A stretch of DNA of 64,000 nucleotides from a virus (lineage: Duplodnaviria > Caudoviricetes). Under the pieces are notes generated by a model that was not told the origin of the DNA, ran no database searches, and worked only from the letters and a program-made list of their open reading frames with translations. The stretch lies in the IMG/VR virus record IMGVR_UViG_3300012940_000024, positions 19,838-83,837 of that record; one strand, 5' to 3'. How positions within the stretch are numbered: the stretch's first letter is position 1; every line of letters begins with the position of its first letter. Positions 1 to 9,084 of the stretch are shown here, piece after piece. Position numbers and translations under genes: made by a program.

Positions 1-3000
1 ACCTTCATAGACATTCAAAGGATTGATTGTAGGATTTAACTCTTGTATATGAGTTGATGTTGTATCGAATTTAATAGCAATAGATGAAAAAGTTTCTCCA
101 CTTTTTACTGTGTAATTTCTTGTTAATTCAGTAGGTTCTTCCACTCTAGGTACATAAATTTGTTGACCACCATAAATGTTATATTCTTCAATCATTGGAT
201 TCAAAGCTAATAAAGTGGCAGATGTTGTATTAAATTTAATAGCAATTGATGATAACGTTTCACCTTCAATTACTGTATATACATCTGTATTTTCCGGCTG
301 TGGTACTTGATAAATAAAATTATGTGTTACTACTGATGATTCGAGTGTTCCATCACTAGCCTTCAATCTTAAATACACCATTGTATTAATTGTGTTAAAA
401 TCTAAAGAATCTAATCGAACTGTTGCCAAACTACCGGAATTTACAAATTCTGATTCTTTTTGCTCTACAAAACCTGAGAAGTTAGAAGATAAGCTTGCTT
501 CAACAATTAATTTGACGGTACTTGAATCAGGATCATATACTTTTGCAGAAATTAATAAATCATTGGCATATGTTCCTAAAGTTGGAGTGATTTCATCAGG
601 TTCATAAGGTGCTTGTGCTTCAATAGTTGGTACATAAATTTGTTGACCGACATATAGATTTTCGGCTTCAACAAATGGATTTAAAGATAATAAATTTAAT
701 GAGGTTGTACCAAACCTATATGCAATATCTCCTAATGTATCTCCGGCTACAATCGTATAAATAGATGTATTTGGAGGTTGTGGATATTGATATACAAAAC
801 TAACATTTACAGGTGACGAAACTAAAGATCCATCACTGGCTGTTACTTTCATATAAATGGTAGTTTTTACCGTATTAATATCATGTCCACTTAAAGTAAT
901 ACTTGCTGTTGTTTCATCATCTACCATATCAGACTCTTGAATGATACTATTAGTGAACATAGAAGAAAGGCTTGATTCAACGATTAATTTAACCTTTCTA
1001 GAATCGGGATCACTAACTGTTGCACTTACTTCAAAATTGTTAACAGTTGTTCCCTGTAAAGGAAGAATATTTGTTGGTGCGTTTGGTGGTTTTGGAATAG
1101 GAACATATATTTGTTGTCCTATATAAATGTTTGAAGGATCTAATATATCTACATTCAAAGCTTGCAATGCTTCAATAGTCATTTTTCTATCATAAGCAAT
1201 TTTCCCAAATGTATCTCCACTTTGAACAATATAAATGACTGTATTTTCCGGCTGTGGATCAACGACACTTGTAATATTGATTGTTACTGTTGCAATTTCT
1301 GAATCATCTTCACCATCATTCGCTTTATATTTAAATGTATCTGTACCATAATAGTTTGGGTTAGGAATATAAACGAATGATCCATCTTCATTAAGTGTTA
1401 ATGTTCCATGCTGAGTAGTTTCCACTAAAATAGCTGTTAATGGAGAATTTTCAATATCAGTGTCATTTTTTAATACACCATTTGCAGAATCAACATTCAA
1501 CGTTGTATCTTCATTTGTTGTATAGGTGTCATTTGAAGAAAACGGTGCATCATTTACACTGTTGATAGTAATAGTTACGGTTGCTACATTTGAATCTAAA
1601 TAGCCATCACTAATTTTATATGTGAATGAATCTTCTCCAAAATAGTTTTCTGTTGGTGTATAGGTAAATGTACCATCACTATTGAATAAAAGTTCTCCAT
1701 GTTGAGTAGTAGTTAATAATATAGCTGTCAATTCTGTACTATCTACATCATAATCATTCTTGATAACACCATTCGTTTCATCTGTAGTTAATACAGTATC
1801 TTCATTTATAATATAGATATTATCTACTGCAACAGGGGGATCGTTGATTGGATTAACAGTGATAGTAACTGTGCCAATATTAGAATCTAATCTGCCATCA
1901 TTTACTTTATAGGTAAAAGTATCAACACCAAAAAAATCATGATCTGGTGTATAAGTAAATGATCCATCTTCATTTAAAGTTAGTTCTCCATTTGCAGGGT
2001 TTGTTACAACGATTGCTGTTAAATCTTCACTGTCAACATCATGGTCATTTGCTATTAATCCGGTTATTACATCAATGGTTAAAGTATTATCTTCATCCAC
2101 GCTATATTCATCATCTTCTACAAAAGGAGGGGAGTAATAATGATAATACTGATAAGGTAATCCAGTTGGTGACATAACAATTCTGCCACTTAAATATTCT
2201 TGATTATAAAAATTCAATGTTACATCTAAAATATTAGTAGGGTTATAAATGTTACCCATTAAATCTGTTCGATCAATGTCCGAAAAAACAGATATAAATT
2301 TCTGCCATGCTTTAGCAAAATACCATAATGTAGCATTATTAAATAAATTCCATGATAAGTAATATTGATTTGCTCCATCTTGGGCAGTACCAATTTTTAC
2401 AATATGATCATAAATTAGTCCTTCATAACCTTCTTCAATGTTGTTATCTTCAATTCTTTGTTTAACATTGTTATGAGCAAAGGCTAAGAAACTCATTATG
2501 CTTGTTACAAGATCTGTATATCGTGTTTGACTGTCATGTTCGCTATATTCTAATAAAGCATAGGCTACGAGATATAATGTTTGTAAATTGATTTTATCAA
2601 TTTGAGGTTTCCAAATATCTTCTTCACGATCATATGTTAATGTATGAGGAAGAACATAGAATTTTTGTCCGGAATAATCCGCATGGATTTTATTTGTTTC
2701 AAGAAAATTCGCAAACATACCACAATCATCAATATAATCTGTATTTTGAGTTGTTTTATATAACAGCAAATAATTTATGATTGCTCTTGAAACAGATTCA
2801 ATACTTATTTCATCAGATACTTTACCTGTTAATTGATCGATAGATGTAAATATTCCACCTTGCGGAACAGAGATAAATCCCATTGTTTCAGTATAATAAA
2901 TATCCGTTGGATCTTTCACTATCGCTTTGCTGTTTTGATAAAAATCGGAAAACTCTTCACTTTCCATTTTGAAGCCTTGCATAAAATAAGAAAAATCTTC

Positions 3001-6000
3001 CAAATAATCCGCACCGTTAATTGTAGCTTTTTCAATGGTTAAATTATTTTCTCCAATTGGTTTTAAATGTGTAACCATTTCTTCAATATTTGATGTTTTA
3101 GAAAGACTTTTTAAATATTTACCATATTTAATTTTTAATCCTTTATTTACATCATCAATCATAGGATTTTCAAAATCGACAATTCGATTCACTGTATCCC
3201 ATTTTAATATAGCGTTAAAAGATGTTGCTACTTGAATTATAAAATCTAAAACAGTCATGTTAGATACATCAAATATCCTTCTTTCTTTGTTCCAATAGAA
3301 ATCAGGATTTTTAATGTTTGCTCCAATTCGCCAATTCAATTGTCCATCTAAAGCAAAAAGTAATGCACTATGAGCCGACCAAATTTCTTCTCTATAATTG
3401 GATATTAATTTATCTTTTAATTCATAGGCCAATGACCATGCATGTATATATTTGGAATTATTTTCACCATAATTGGATATTTCATTAATTATGAAATATT
3501 CTGTTTTATCTCTATATACAAGCTTAATCAAAAATCTTTCTTTGATCATTTTGAAATGATCATTTTCCACTAATTCATTTCTTGTCGATTCTATTTCAAA
3601 AGGAATAGAAAATGTTAATTCATTAAGATCAGCGTATCTTTCAGTGAATGTTACATTATAAGCTTCACTTAAATGTGCAATTACTTGTTTGTTTGGCTTG
3701 CATAAATAAATTTTAGGTTTTGATACAGGCATATTTTTGTCAACTTTGCCTAAAGTTGTTGATAATGGTTCAAGAATTTTAGCATAGACAGTTACACGAT
3801 AACTTTCTGAAAATCCACTACGATCCCCTTGATAATCAAATGCTTCAACTTGAAATGTATGTGTTACATTTGATTCTAGATGATCAATCATATATTTATT
3901 TTCGGTTATATTTGATGCAATTAACCAGCCATCTTTATAGACATTGTAATGACTGTGACCGTACTTTTTCTCATGTTCCCAATTTAATTCAATTCCTCCT
4001 GTTCCTAGTTCTTTATGATAAGTAATTTTTGGAACATTCGGAAAATCAAAAACAGGAGTTGAGAATATTGAATCACTAATTTGAGAAGTGAATCCTTTAT
4101 TTGAAATTGCTTGTATTTTAAAATCATACATTACATCATTTAATAATCCGGCTACCATCAATTCATTTTGAGGATGATTGACTACCGCATATATTTCACC
4201 ATCAAGATATATGTTATAAGATTCAACAAAAGATTCTTCATTCAGTTGCCATGTTAATAAAACTTCACGATCATATGGAACAGCACTTAAACCAGTCGGA
4301 ACGCTTGGAATATCAATTCTTTGAGTAATCGTTCCACTAGTGACTGAATCATTTTCATTATCATATGTGATAATTTCTAGTGTATAATCATAATTTGGTT
4401 TTGCTTCAACATATTTAATAGTATTTTCTGTTACATCACTTGACGTTAATATAATCTTTCCGTTTAAATAAACTTCAAAATGTGAGAAATTTGGACTTTC
4501 TTCTAATTGCCATCTAAATAAAATTGTTTTATGATCTAAAATTTCAGCCTGTAAGTCTGTAGCTTTATTAGGATAATCAGTTATAGGAGTAACAGAAATT
4601 GTTGCTGAATCCGGTGAAACTAATCCTTGTGTTGAAACAGCTTTAATATGGAAATCATATGTCACACCATTTTCTAATCCACTTACGAGATAAGAATTTT
4701 GTTCTGATTCTAATACAGCTACTAAATGATCTCCTTGATATAACAAGAAATTATCAATTTCAACAGGTGGTTCGAGTTCAACTTCTTTTTCAACAAATAC
4801 TTCACCTATTGGAATTGGTTGTGTTGCTACAATATATGGTACAGATACCTCATATTCAATTTCTTCCTCAACGATTCTTTCTACGGTAATGGTTTCATAA
4901 GTAGTTAATGGTTGAGCAAAAATTCCTTCATTCTCGGGAAAAGCAGGATCTAAAGTTAAACCATAATCTTCTGTATTTACTGCAATTCCATGTACTACAC
5001 CACTACCTGTAGCAATCGCTAACTTTCTTCTTCTTACATCTTCAATATAAGTGGGATTTGAAGCATTTGCTCTACGATTAGCAATTGCTACCATTTTTTG
5101 AGTTTCAATTATACCATGAGGTAAGGATGTATCAATGGTAGTAAAATCATTAAAAATTAATGCTTTAGTAGAAGAAGAGATTGACCAGTTTTGAATAGCA
5201 ATATCGAAACATAATGCAAACGCTCTACGAGTAGTTAAGCCGAAAGTATTAAAGTGAACTTTTGCTTGATTAAAGAAGGTTTCTGCATGTTGCACTTGTA
5301 CAGCAATACACTCCGGAGTTACACCTAGATTACGAAAATATGTTCTGTATGGTTCAACAATATTTTTTCCTCCCGAAGTAGAAATGCTTGCACCCCAACT
5401 TACTTGCTGTGATCTAGTCATGTTATAAACAACATTTTTCAACGTATTGTAATAAGAAGGATTGGCATTATAATTAAAAGCATTTTTGACTACATTAGGA
5501 TAATTATCAAACATGGCTCTTAATACAGGTTGCAAAGTACCGGATTTAAAGTTATATTGAAGTGCCCCAAAACTCATACCAGCCTGATCTGAATTTCCTG
5601 CTGTTGCTCCATATGCATCAGGATAACCAGCAGATGTTTCAAATAGTCCAGTTAAAGCCAAGCATTTTGCTTTCAATTCCTCATACGTAGTAATTTGAGG
5701 TGTAACTAGTGTAGTTGTGGGCACTTGCTTTGTTTCTTGAATGACTTTTTGTACTTTTCTAGTTCTTGTTTCTGTTCTAAATTCAATGGTTGTTGGCACT
5801 ACAGGTTGAGTAGGGTTTCTTACGATTAACTTTGATCCAATGATTAAATTGTCAGGATCTACATCAGGATTAAACGCTTGCAATTCATAACTAGGCATAT
5901 TGTATAATTCTTCAATATAGGCAAAGGTATCATGTTGTTGAACAATATGATATTTTGTTCCTTGTGGTAAATCGACAAATAAATATAAAATTTCACCAGC

Positions 6001-7791
6001 TACTAAAGGTTCATCCATTAAATGATAATTCCAAGCGACCACTAAACTGAATTGTGTTCCATGCATTTCTGCAATAGAATCAATTGTATCTTCCGGCTGG
6101 ACAACATAAAATATTGATCCTTCCGGTTGTTCATCAGGTGTTCGTGGAACATCAGGCAATGGTGGAAGATGAAAAAAGTCAGGTTTATCCCATGATATTA
6201 ATGCTTTTCTATCAAATGGTGTAGCTTTTAATCCTTTTACTTGTGGAGGTTTATGCAAGGTTCTATGCGTTACATTAGATGATTCAATATCACCTTGCTT
6301 GTCAACTGCTACAACATAAATATCATGAGGAATATCTACTCTAGCGTTTTTAATAACAAATCTTTCTTCTTGTAAATAATCAGCAAGAATAACTCTATCC
6401 ATCACAATATAGAAATAATCAAAATCTTCATCTTTATGATATGACCATGTTACTTCAATATCCCCATTTTCATACACTTTAGTGCGTAACATAGAAGGGG
6501 GCATAGGTCTTTTAAGAATTGGTGCTATTTGTAACGGATCAGATAAAGGACTAGGATCAGTATGTTCATTGTGTGCTTGAACTTGTAAACTGTAAATTCT
6601 TCCATTTTCTAATCCACGAAAGGTATAAGTAGTTTCTTCTGTATAACCTACTTTTTGACCATCAAGGTAAACAGAATAACCCTTTACTTTTTCACCCTCA
6701 GAATTTTTTTCCCAAGATAATCTAATTTCTCGGTCAAATGCTTCACCAAACAATCCCGAAGGTTTACTAGATCTTCCGGTACGAGTGAAAACAGTATTAC
6801 TTGATTGAGATCTAGAAAATTGACCATTTTTTGAAACTACAGCTATTTGATAACTATAACTTTTTCCATCTTCAACCGTTGTATCATTCCAATAATTTGT
6901 AGTAGGAGGTAATTGTCCTAATCGGATTCCATTCCTCCAAACATCCAATCTTTCAATTCCAGCAATAGGAGCAATAACCCAACGAACTTCAATTGTATTT
7001 GCAGTTGTCAAGCTTGCAACAGGTTTTGTAGTAGCCATTGCTTCTTGCATATCTACAGTATAAAAGGAAGAAATATGATCCAACGATTCAACATAGTTCA
7101 TATCTAATCCAGTAGAAGATACTCCAACAGATTGTCCATTTTGGAAAGGCTGTGCATCACTTGTATATTGCCACATTGCCCAATCTGTCCATCCACCAAT
7201 ATCAGGGATAGAAGTTGTTCTCCATTTTGCGATCCATAATGGCATATCAATTAATATATTTCCACCAGTAGCATAATTAAAATTATTATGTTGTTGAATA
7301 AATGCCCAATTTGTATAAAGTCCTAGTTTTACATTATTATTAAATTTAGCTTCAAATGTTCTTCTAAATTCGTCTACCCATTTAAGCATTTGAGTAGTAT
7401 TTAATTGACTATGCCTACCACCAACATTTTGATTATCTTCCAAATCAATGAAAGGTAGTAAATCGCCCCATTTTCCAACACCAAAAACTTCTTCCAATTT
7501 ATTAGCGTATCTATTCGCTTGTTCTCTTGCTGAATCTAAATCATATTCATTGGAGATTGTACAGAAAAAATATGATCCGCATGGAATACCAACACTTTTA
7601 AATCCTTGTGCATATTCAACTATTCTTGAATCGGGTGAATTAGCTGATCCATATGCTCTTAGAATAGCGAATTTAATTCCGTTGGCTCTTACTTTTGCAT
7701 AATCAATATTTCCTTGATAGGCACTAACATCAATTCCACGCAGATAACCTCCACCTGTTCGCCAATCTCGGATCTTCAAATTCTTCACCAT
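1..7791 (-). CDS. Giant multidomain tail/baseplate-associated protein, >=2597 aa, truncated by the window edge: GH25 muramidase, Fn3 repeats, LysM x2, second lysozyme-like domain, Fn3 repeats, phage tail (Tal-like) domain, three cadherin-like/Big_9 repeats, LysM x4 or more
   Basis: ATG at 7791 reads MVKNLKIRDWRTGGGYLRGIDVSAYQGNIDYAKVRANGIKFAILRAYG (GH25 signature). The same frame at 1-120 reads RNYTVKSGETFSSIAIKFDTTSTHIQELNPTINPLNVYEG (LysM). Internal segments I translated are coherent. The ORF track lists no minus-strand ORF here, consistent with no stop before the edge. Confidence 0.85.
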   Translation of the reverse strand, partial: MVKNLKIRDWRTGGGYLRGIDVSAYQGNIDYAKVRANGIKFAILRAYGSANSPDSRIVEYAQGFKSVGIPCGSYFFCTISNEYDLDSAREQANRYANKLEEVFGVGKWGDLLPFIDLEDNQNVGGRHSQLNTTQMLKWVDEFRRTFEAKFNNNVKLGLYTNWAFIQQHNNFNYATGGNILIDMPLWIAKWRTTSIPDIGGWTDWAMWQYTSDAQPFQNGQSVGVSSTGLDMNYVESLDHISSFYTVDMQEAMATTKPVASLTTANTIEVRWVIAPIAGIERLDVWRNGIRLGQLPPTTNYWNDTTVEDGKSYSYQIAVVSKNGQFSRSQSSNTVFTRTGRSSKPSGLFGEAFDREIRLSWEKNSEGEKVKGYSVYLDGQKVGYTEETTYTFRGLENGRIYSLQVQAHNEHTDPSPLSDPLQIAPILKRPMPPSMLRTKVYENGDIEVTWSYHKDEDFDYFYIVMDRVILADYLQEERFVIKNARVDIPHDIYVVAVDKQGDIESSNVTHRTLHKPPQVKGLKATPFDRKALISWDKPDFFHLPPLPDVPRTPDEQPEGSIFYVVQPEDTIDSIAEMHGTQFSLVVAWNYHLMDEPLVAGEILYLFVDLPQGTKYHIVQQHDTFAYIEELYNMPSYELQAFNPDVDPDNLIIGSKLIVRNPTQPVVPTTIEFRTETRTRKVQKVIQETKQVPTTTLVTPQITTYEELKAKCLALTGLFETSAGYPDAYGATAGNSDQAGMSFGALQYNFKSGTLQPVLRAMFDNYPNVVKNAFNYNANPSYYNTLKNVVYNMTRSQQVSWGASISTSGGKNIVEPYRTYFRNLGVTPECIAVQVQHAETFFNQAKVHFNTFGLTTRRAFALCFDIAIQNWSISSSTKALIFNDFTTIDTSLPHGIIETQKMVAIANRRANASNPTYIEDVRRRKLAIATGSGVVHGIAVNTEDYGLTLDPAFPENEGIFAQPLTTYETITVERIVEEEIEYEVSVPYIVATQPIPIGEVFVEKEVELEPPVEIDNFLLYQGDHLVAVLESEQNSYLVSGLENGVTYDFHIKAVSTQGLVSPDSATISVTPITDYPNKATDLQAEILDHKTILFRWQLEESPNFSHFEVYLNGKIILTSSDVTENTIKYVEAKPNYDYTLEIITYDNENDSVTSGTITQRIDIPSVPTGLSAVPYDREVLLTWQLNEESFVESYNIYLDGEIYAVVNHPQNELMVAGLLNDVMYDFKIQAISNKGFTSQISDSIFSTPVFDFPNVPKITYHKELGTGGIELNWEHEKKYGHSHYNVYKDGWLIASNITENKYMIDHLESNVTHTFQVEAFDYQGDRSGFSESYRVTVYAKILEPLSTTLGKVDKNMPVSKPKIYLCKPNKQVIAHLSEAYNVTFTERYADLNELTFSIPFEIESTRNELVENDHFKMIKERFLIKLVYRDKTEYFIINEISNYGENNSKYIHAWSLAYELKDKLISNYREEIWSAHSALLFALDGQLNWRIGANIKNPDFYWNKERRIFDVSNMTVLDFIIQVATSFNAILKWDTVNRIVDFENPMIDDVNKGLKIKYGKYLKSLSKTSNIEEMVTHLKPIGENNLTIEKATINGADYLEDFSYFMQGFKMESEEFSDFYQNSKAIVKDPTDIYYTETMGFISVPQGGIFTSIDQLTGKVSDEISIESVSRAIINYLLLYKTTQNTDYIDDCGMFANFLETNKIHADYSGQKFYVLPHTLTYDREEDIWKPQIDKINLQTLYLVAYALLEYSEHDSQTRYTDLVTSIMSFLAFAHNNVKQRIEDNNIEEGYEGLIYDHIVKIGTAQDGANQYYLSWNLFNNATLWYFAKAWQKFISVFSDIDRTDLMGNIYNPTNILDVTLNFYNQEYLSGRIVMSPTGLPYQYYHYYSPPFVEDDEYSVDEDNTLTIDVITGLIANDHDVDSEDLTAIVVTNPANGELTLNEDGSFTYTPDHDFFGVDTFTYKVNDGRLDSNIGTVTITVNPINDPPVAVDNIYIINEDTVLTTDETNGVIKNDYDVDSTELTAILLTTTQHGELLFNSDGTFTYTPTENYFGEDSFTYKISDGYLDSNVATVTITINSVNDAPFSSNDTYTTNEDTTLNVDSANGVLKNDTDIENSPLTAILVETTQHGTLTLNEDGSFVYIPNPNYYGTDTFKYKANDGEDDSEIATVTINITSVVDPQPENTVIYIVQSGDTFGKIAYDRKMTIEALQALNVDILDPSNIYIGQQIYVPIPKPPNAPTNILPLQGTTVNNFEVSATVSDPDSRKVKLIVESSLSSMFTNSIIQESDMVDDETTASITLSGHDINTVKTTIYMKVTASDGSLVSSPVNVSFVYQYPQPPNTSIYTIVAGDTLGDIAYRFGTTSLNLLSLNPFVEAENLYVGQQIYVPTIEAQAPYEPDEITPTLGTYANDLLISAKVYDPDSSTVKLIVEASLSSNFSGFVEQKESEFVNSGSLATVRLDSLDFNTINTMVYLRLKASDGTLESSVVTHNFIYQVPQPENTDVYTVIEGETLSSIAIKFNTTSATLLALNPMIEEYNIYGGQQIYVPRVEEPTELTRNYTVKSGETFSSIAIKFDTTSTHIQELNPTINPLNVYEG
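1270..2120 (-). repeat. Three tandem ~95-aa cadherin-like/Big_9 (VCBS-type) repeats within the giant ORF
   Basis: Repeated motifs such as NEDGSFTYTPDHDFFGVDTFTYKVNDG, NSDGTFTYTPTENYFGEDSFTYKISDG, NEDGSFVYIPNPNYYGTDTFKYKANDG, linked by VNPINDPP / INSVNDAP. Boundaries approximate. Confidence 0.8.
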
Positions 7792-7821
7792 CCTTACTAA
7801 TAAGCAATATTTGGTTATTTG

Positions 7822-8091
7822 TCAAAACCATAAAATTTCCTCAATATCTTTATATGAATTTCCATAGGTAAAACCAGCAATTCTAATTCCTTCTACATTT
7901 TTGTGATATAAATTTTCATCAAATGTTTTCTGATAATAATTTAATTTGGCATCTACATTTTCAATTGGATTGATAATCATTTCATCTAAAGGTAAATCAC
8001 CAATATTCATCCTTATGGCAATAAATTTTTGTTTTAATTCAATGGCTCGATAAAATGTTCGTTTTAAATTTTCTAAAGTTAATTCATTCAT
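7822..8091 (-). CDS. Conserved small phage hypothetical protein (89 aa)
   Basis: AAGGAG RBS upstream. Resembles short Bacillus prophage proteins as recalled. Confidence 0.7.
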   Translation of the reverse strand: MNELTLENLKRTFYRAIELKQKFIAIRMNIGDLPLDEMIINPIENVDAKLNYYQKTFDENLYHKNVEGIRIAGFTYGNSYKDIEEILWF

Positions 8092-8307
8092 TATTTTCTA
8101 CTCCTTTATTCGTTCATCTTACGTTTTAAGTCTTACCTATAATCATTTACAATATGCATGTATTTTATTTATCATTTTTTGTCAAAAAACTTATGATAAA
8201 CGAAATTAACATCATAAAAGCATATACACCAATAATTTCCCCAATGACAATAAAGTGACCAACCTGATTATCATCAAGTGTAATTAAATCTCGAAAAAAC
8301 ATAATTT

Positions 8308-9084
8308 TTACAGTCCTAATAAATATTTATATCTATATCTAAATTGAATAGTGCATTTTCCGTATATTTTTAGTTGGTTTTCTCCCATTGGTAATTTCAT
8401 GTAATCTGTTAATACATCTTCAAAATGATATAGGTTTGGCACATTAGATTTAATATCTTCTTTTTCATGATTTAAATATAAATGCTCTCCATCTTTAAGG
8501 TTTACTACTCGAAATTCTCTATTTTCATCAGAAAGATTAATGATTGTAATTTCTCCATCCTCAACTTTTTTTATCCACATTTCAATTTCTAAAGGAACAT
8601 CACCATCATTATTGATTGGAATGATTGTTCCCTCCACTGGATTGTCTGATAAGTCATAATCTTCTGACAAATATTCCTGTGAATAAGCAAAAGCATCATT
8701 AGTTCTCATTGTTAATTCTAAATATCCTTGATTTAATCCATTATGAGTTAAAAAATTGTCTGAAATAGGCATAACAAAAAAACGATATTGAGGAAGATCG
8801 ATAAAGTAAAATTCTTTATAATAGTCCACATTTAACCATCTATTCAATCTTCTTAAATAATCATAATCATATTGCTGAGTAAGAGCAAAAGCCAATGTAA
8901 ATTCCATTGGCTTTAACCCTACTTCTTGAAAATATGGTTTTGTTCTTCCTCTAATGATTTCCTCTAATAATTCTCTAGTTCCAAACAATCTTTCTTTGTA
9001 TAACCCACCTTCTAAATTAATGTTAATTAAACCCATATCGGAAGAAAGTTCATTATTATAAAAAAAATCTAAACTTTCTCTCAT
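8308..9084 (-). CDS. Distal tail protein (Dit)/phage tail family protein, SPbeta YomH-like position
   Basis: Directly follows the tape measure. Typical Dit features (YFQEVGLKPMEF, INNDGDVP, LPMGENQL, FRYRYKY). Confidence 0.8.
   Translation of the reverse strand: MRESLDFFYNNELSSDMGLININLEGGLYKERLFGTRELLEEIIRGRTKPYFQEVGLKPMEFTLAFALTQQYDYDYLRRLNRWLNVDYYKEFYFIDLPQYRFFVMPISDNFLTHNGLNQGYLELTMRTNDAFAYSQEYLSEDYDLSDNPVEGTIIPINNDGDVPLEIEMWIKKVEDGEITIINLSDENREFRVVNLKDGEHLYLNHEKEDIKSNVPNLYHFEDVLTDYMKLPMGENQLKIYGKCTIQFRYRYKYLLGL

Noticed and set aside
392-7702. Nine short plus-strand ORFs listed by the track in the first 7.7 kb
   Set aside because: They are antisense shadows of the giant minus-strand ORF, with no RBS or recognisable motifs.
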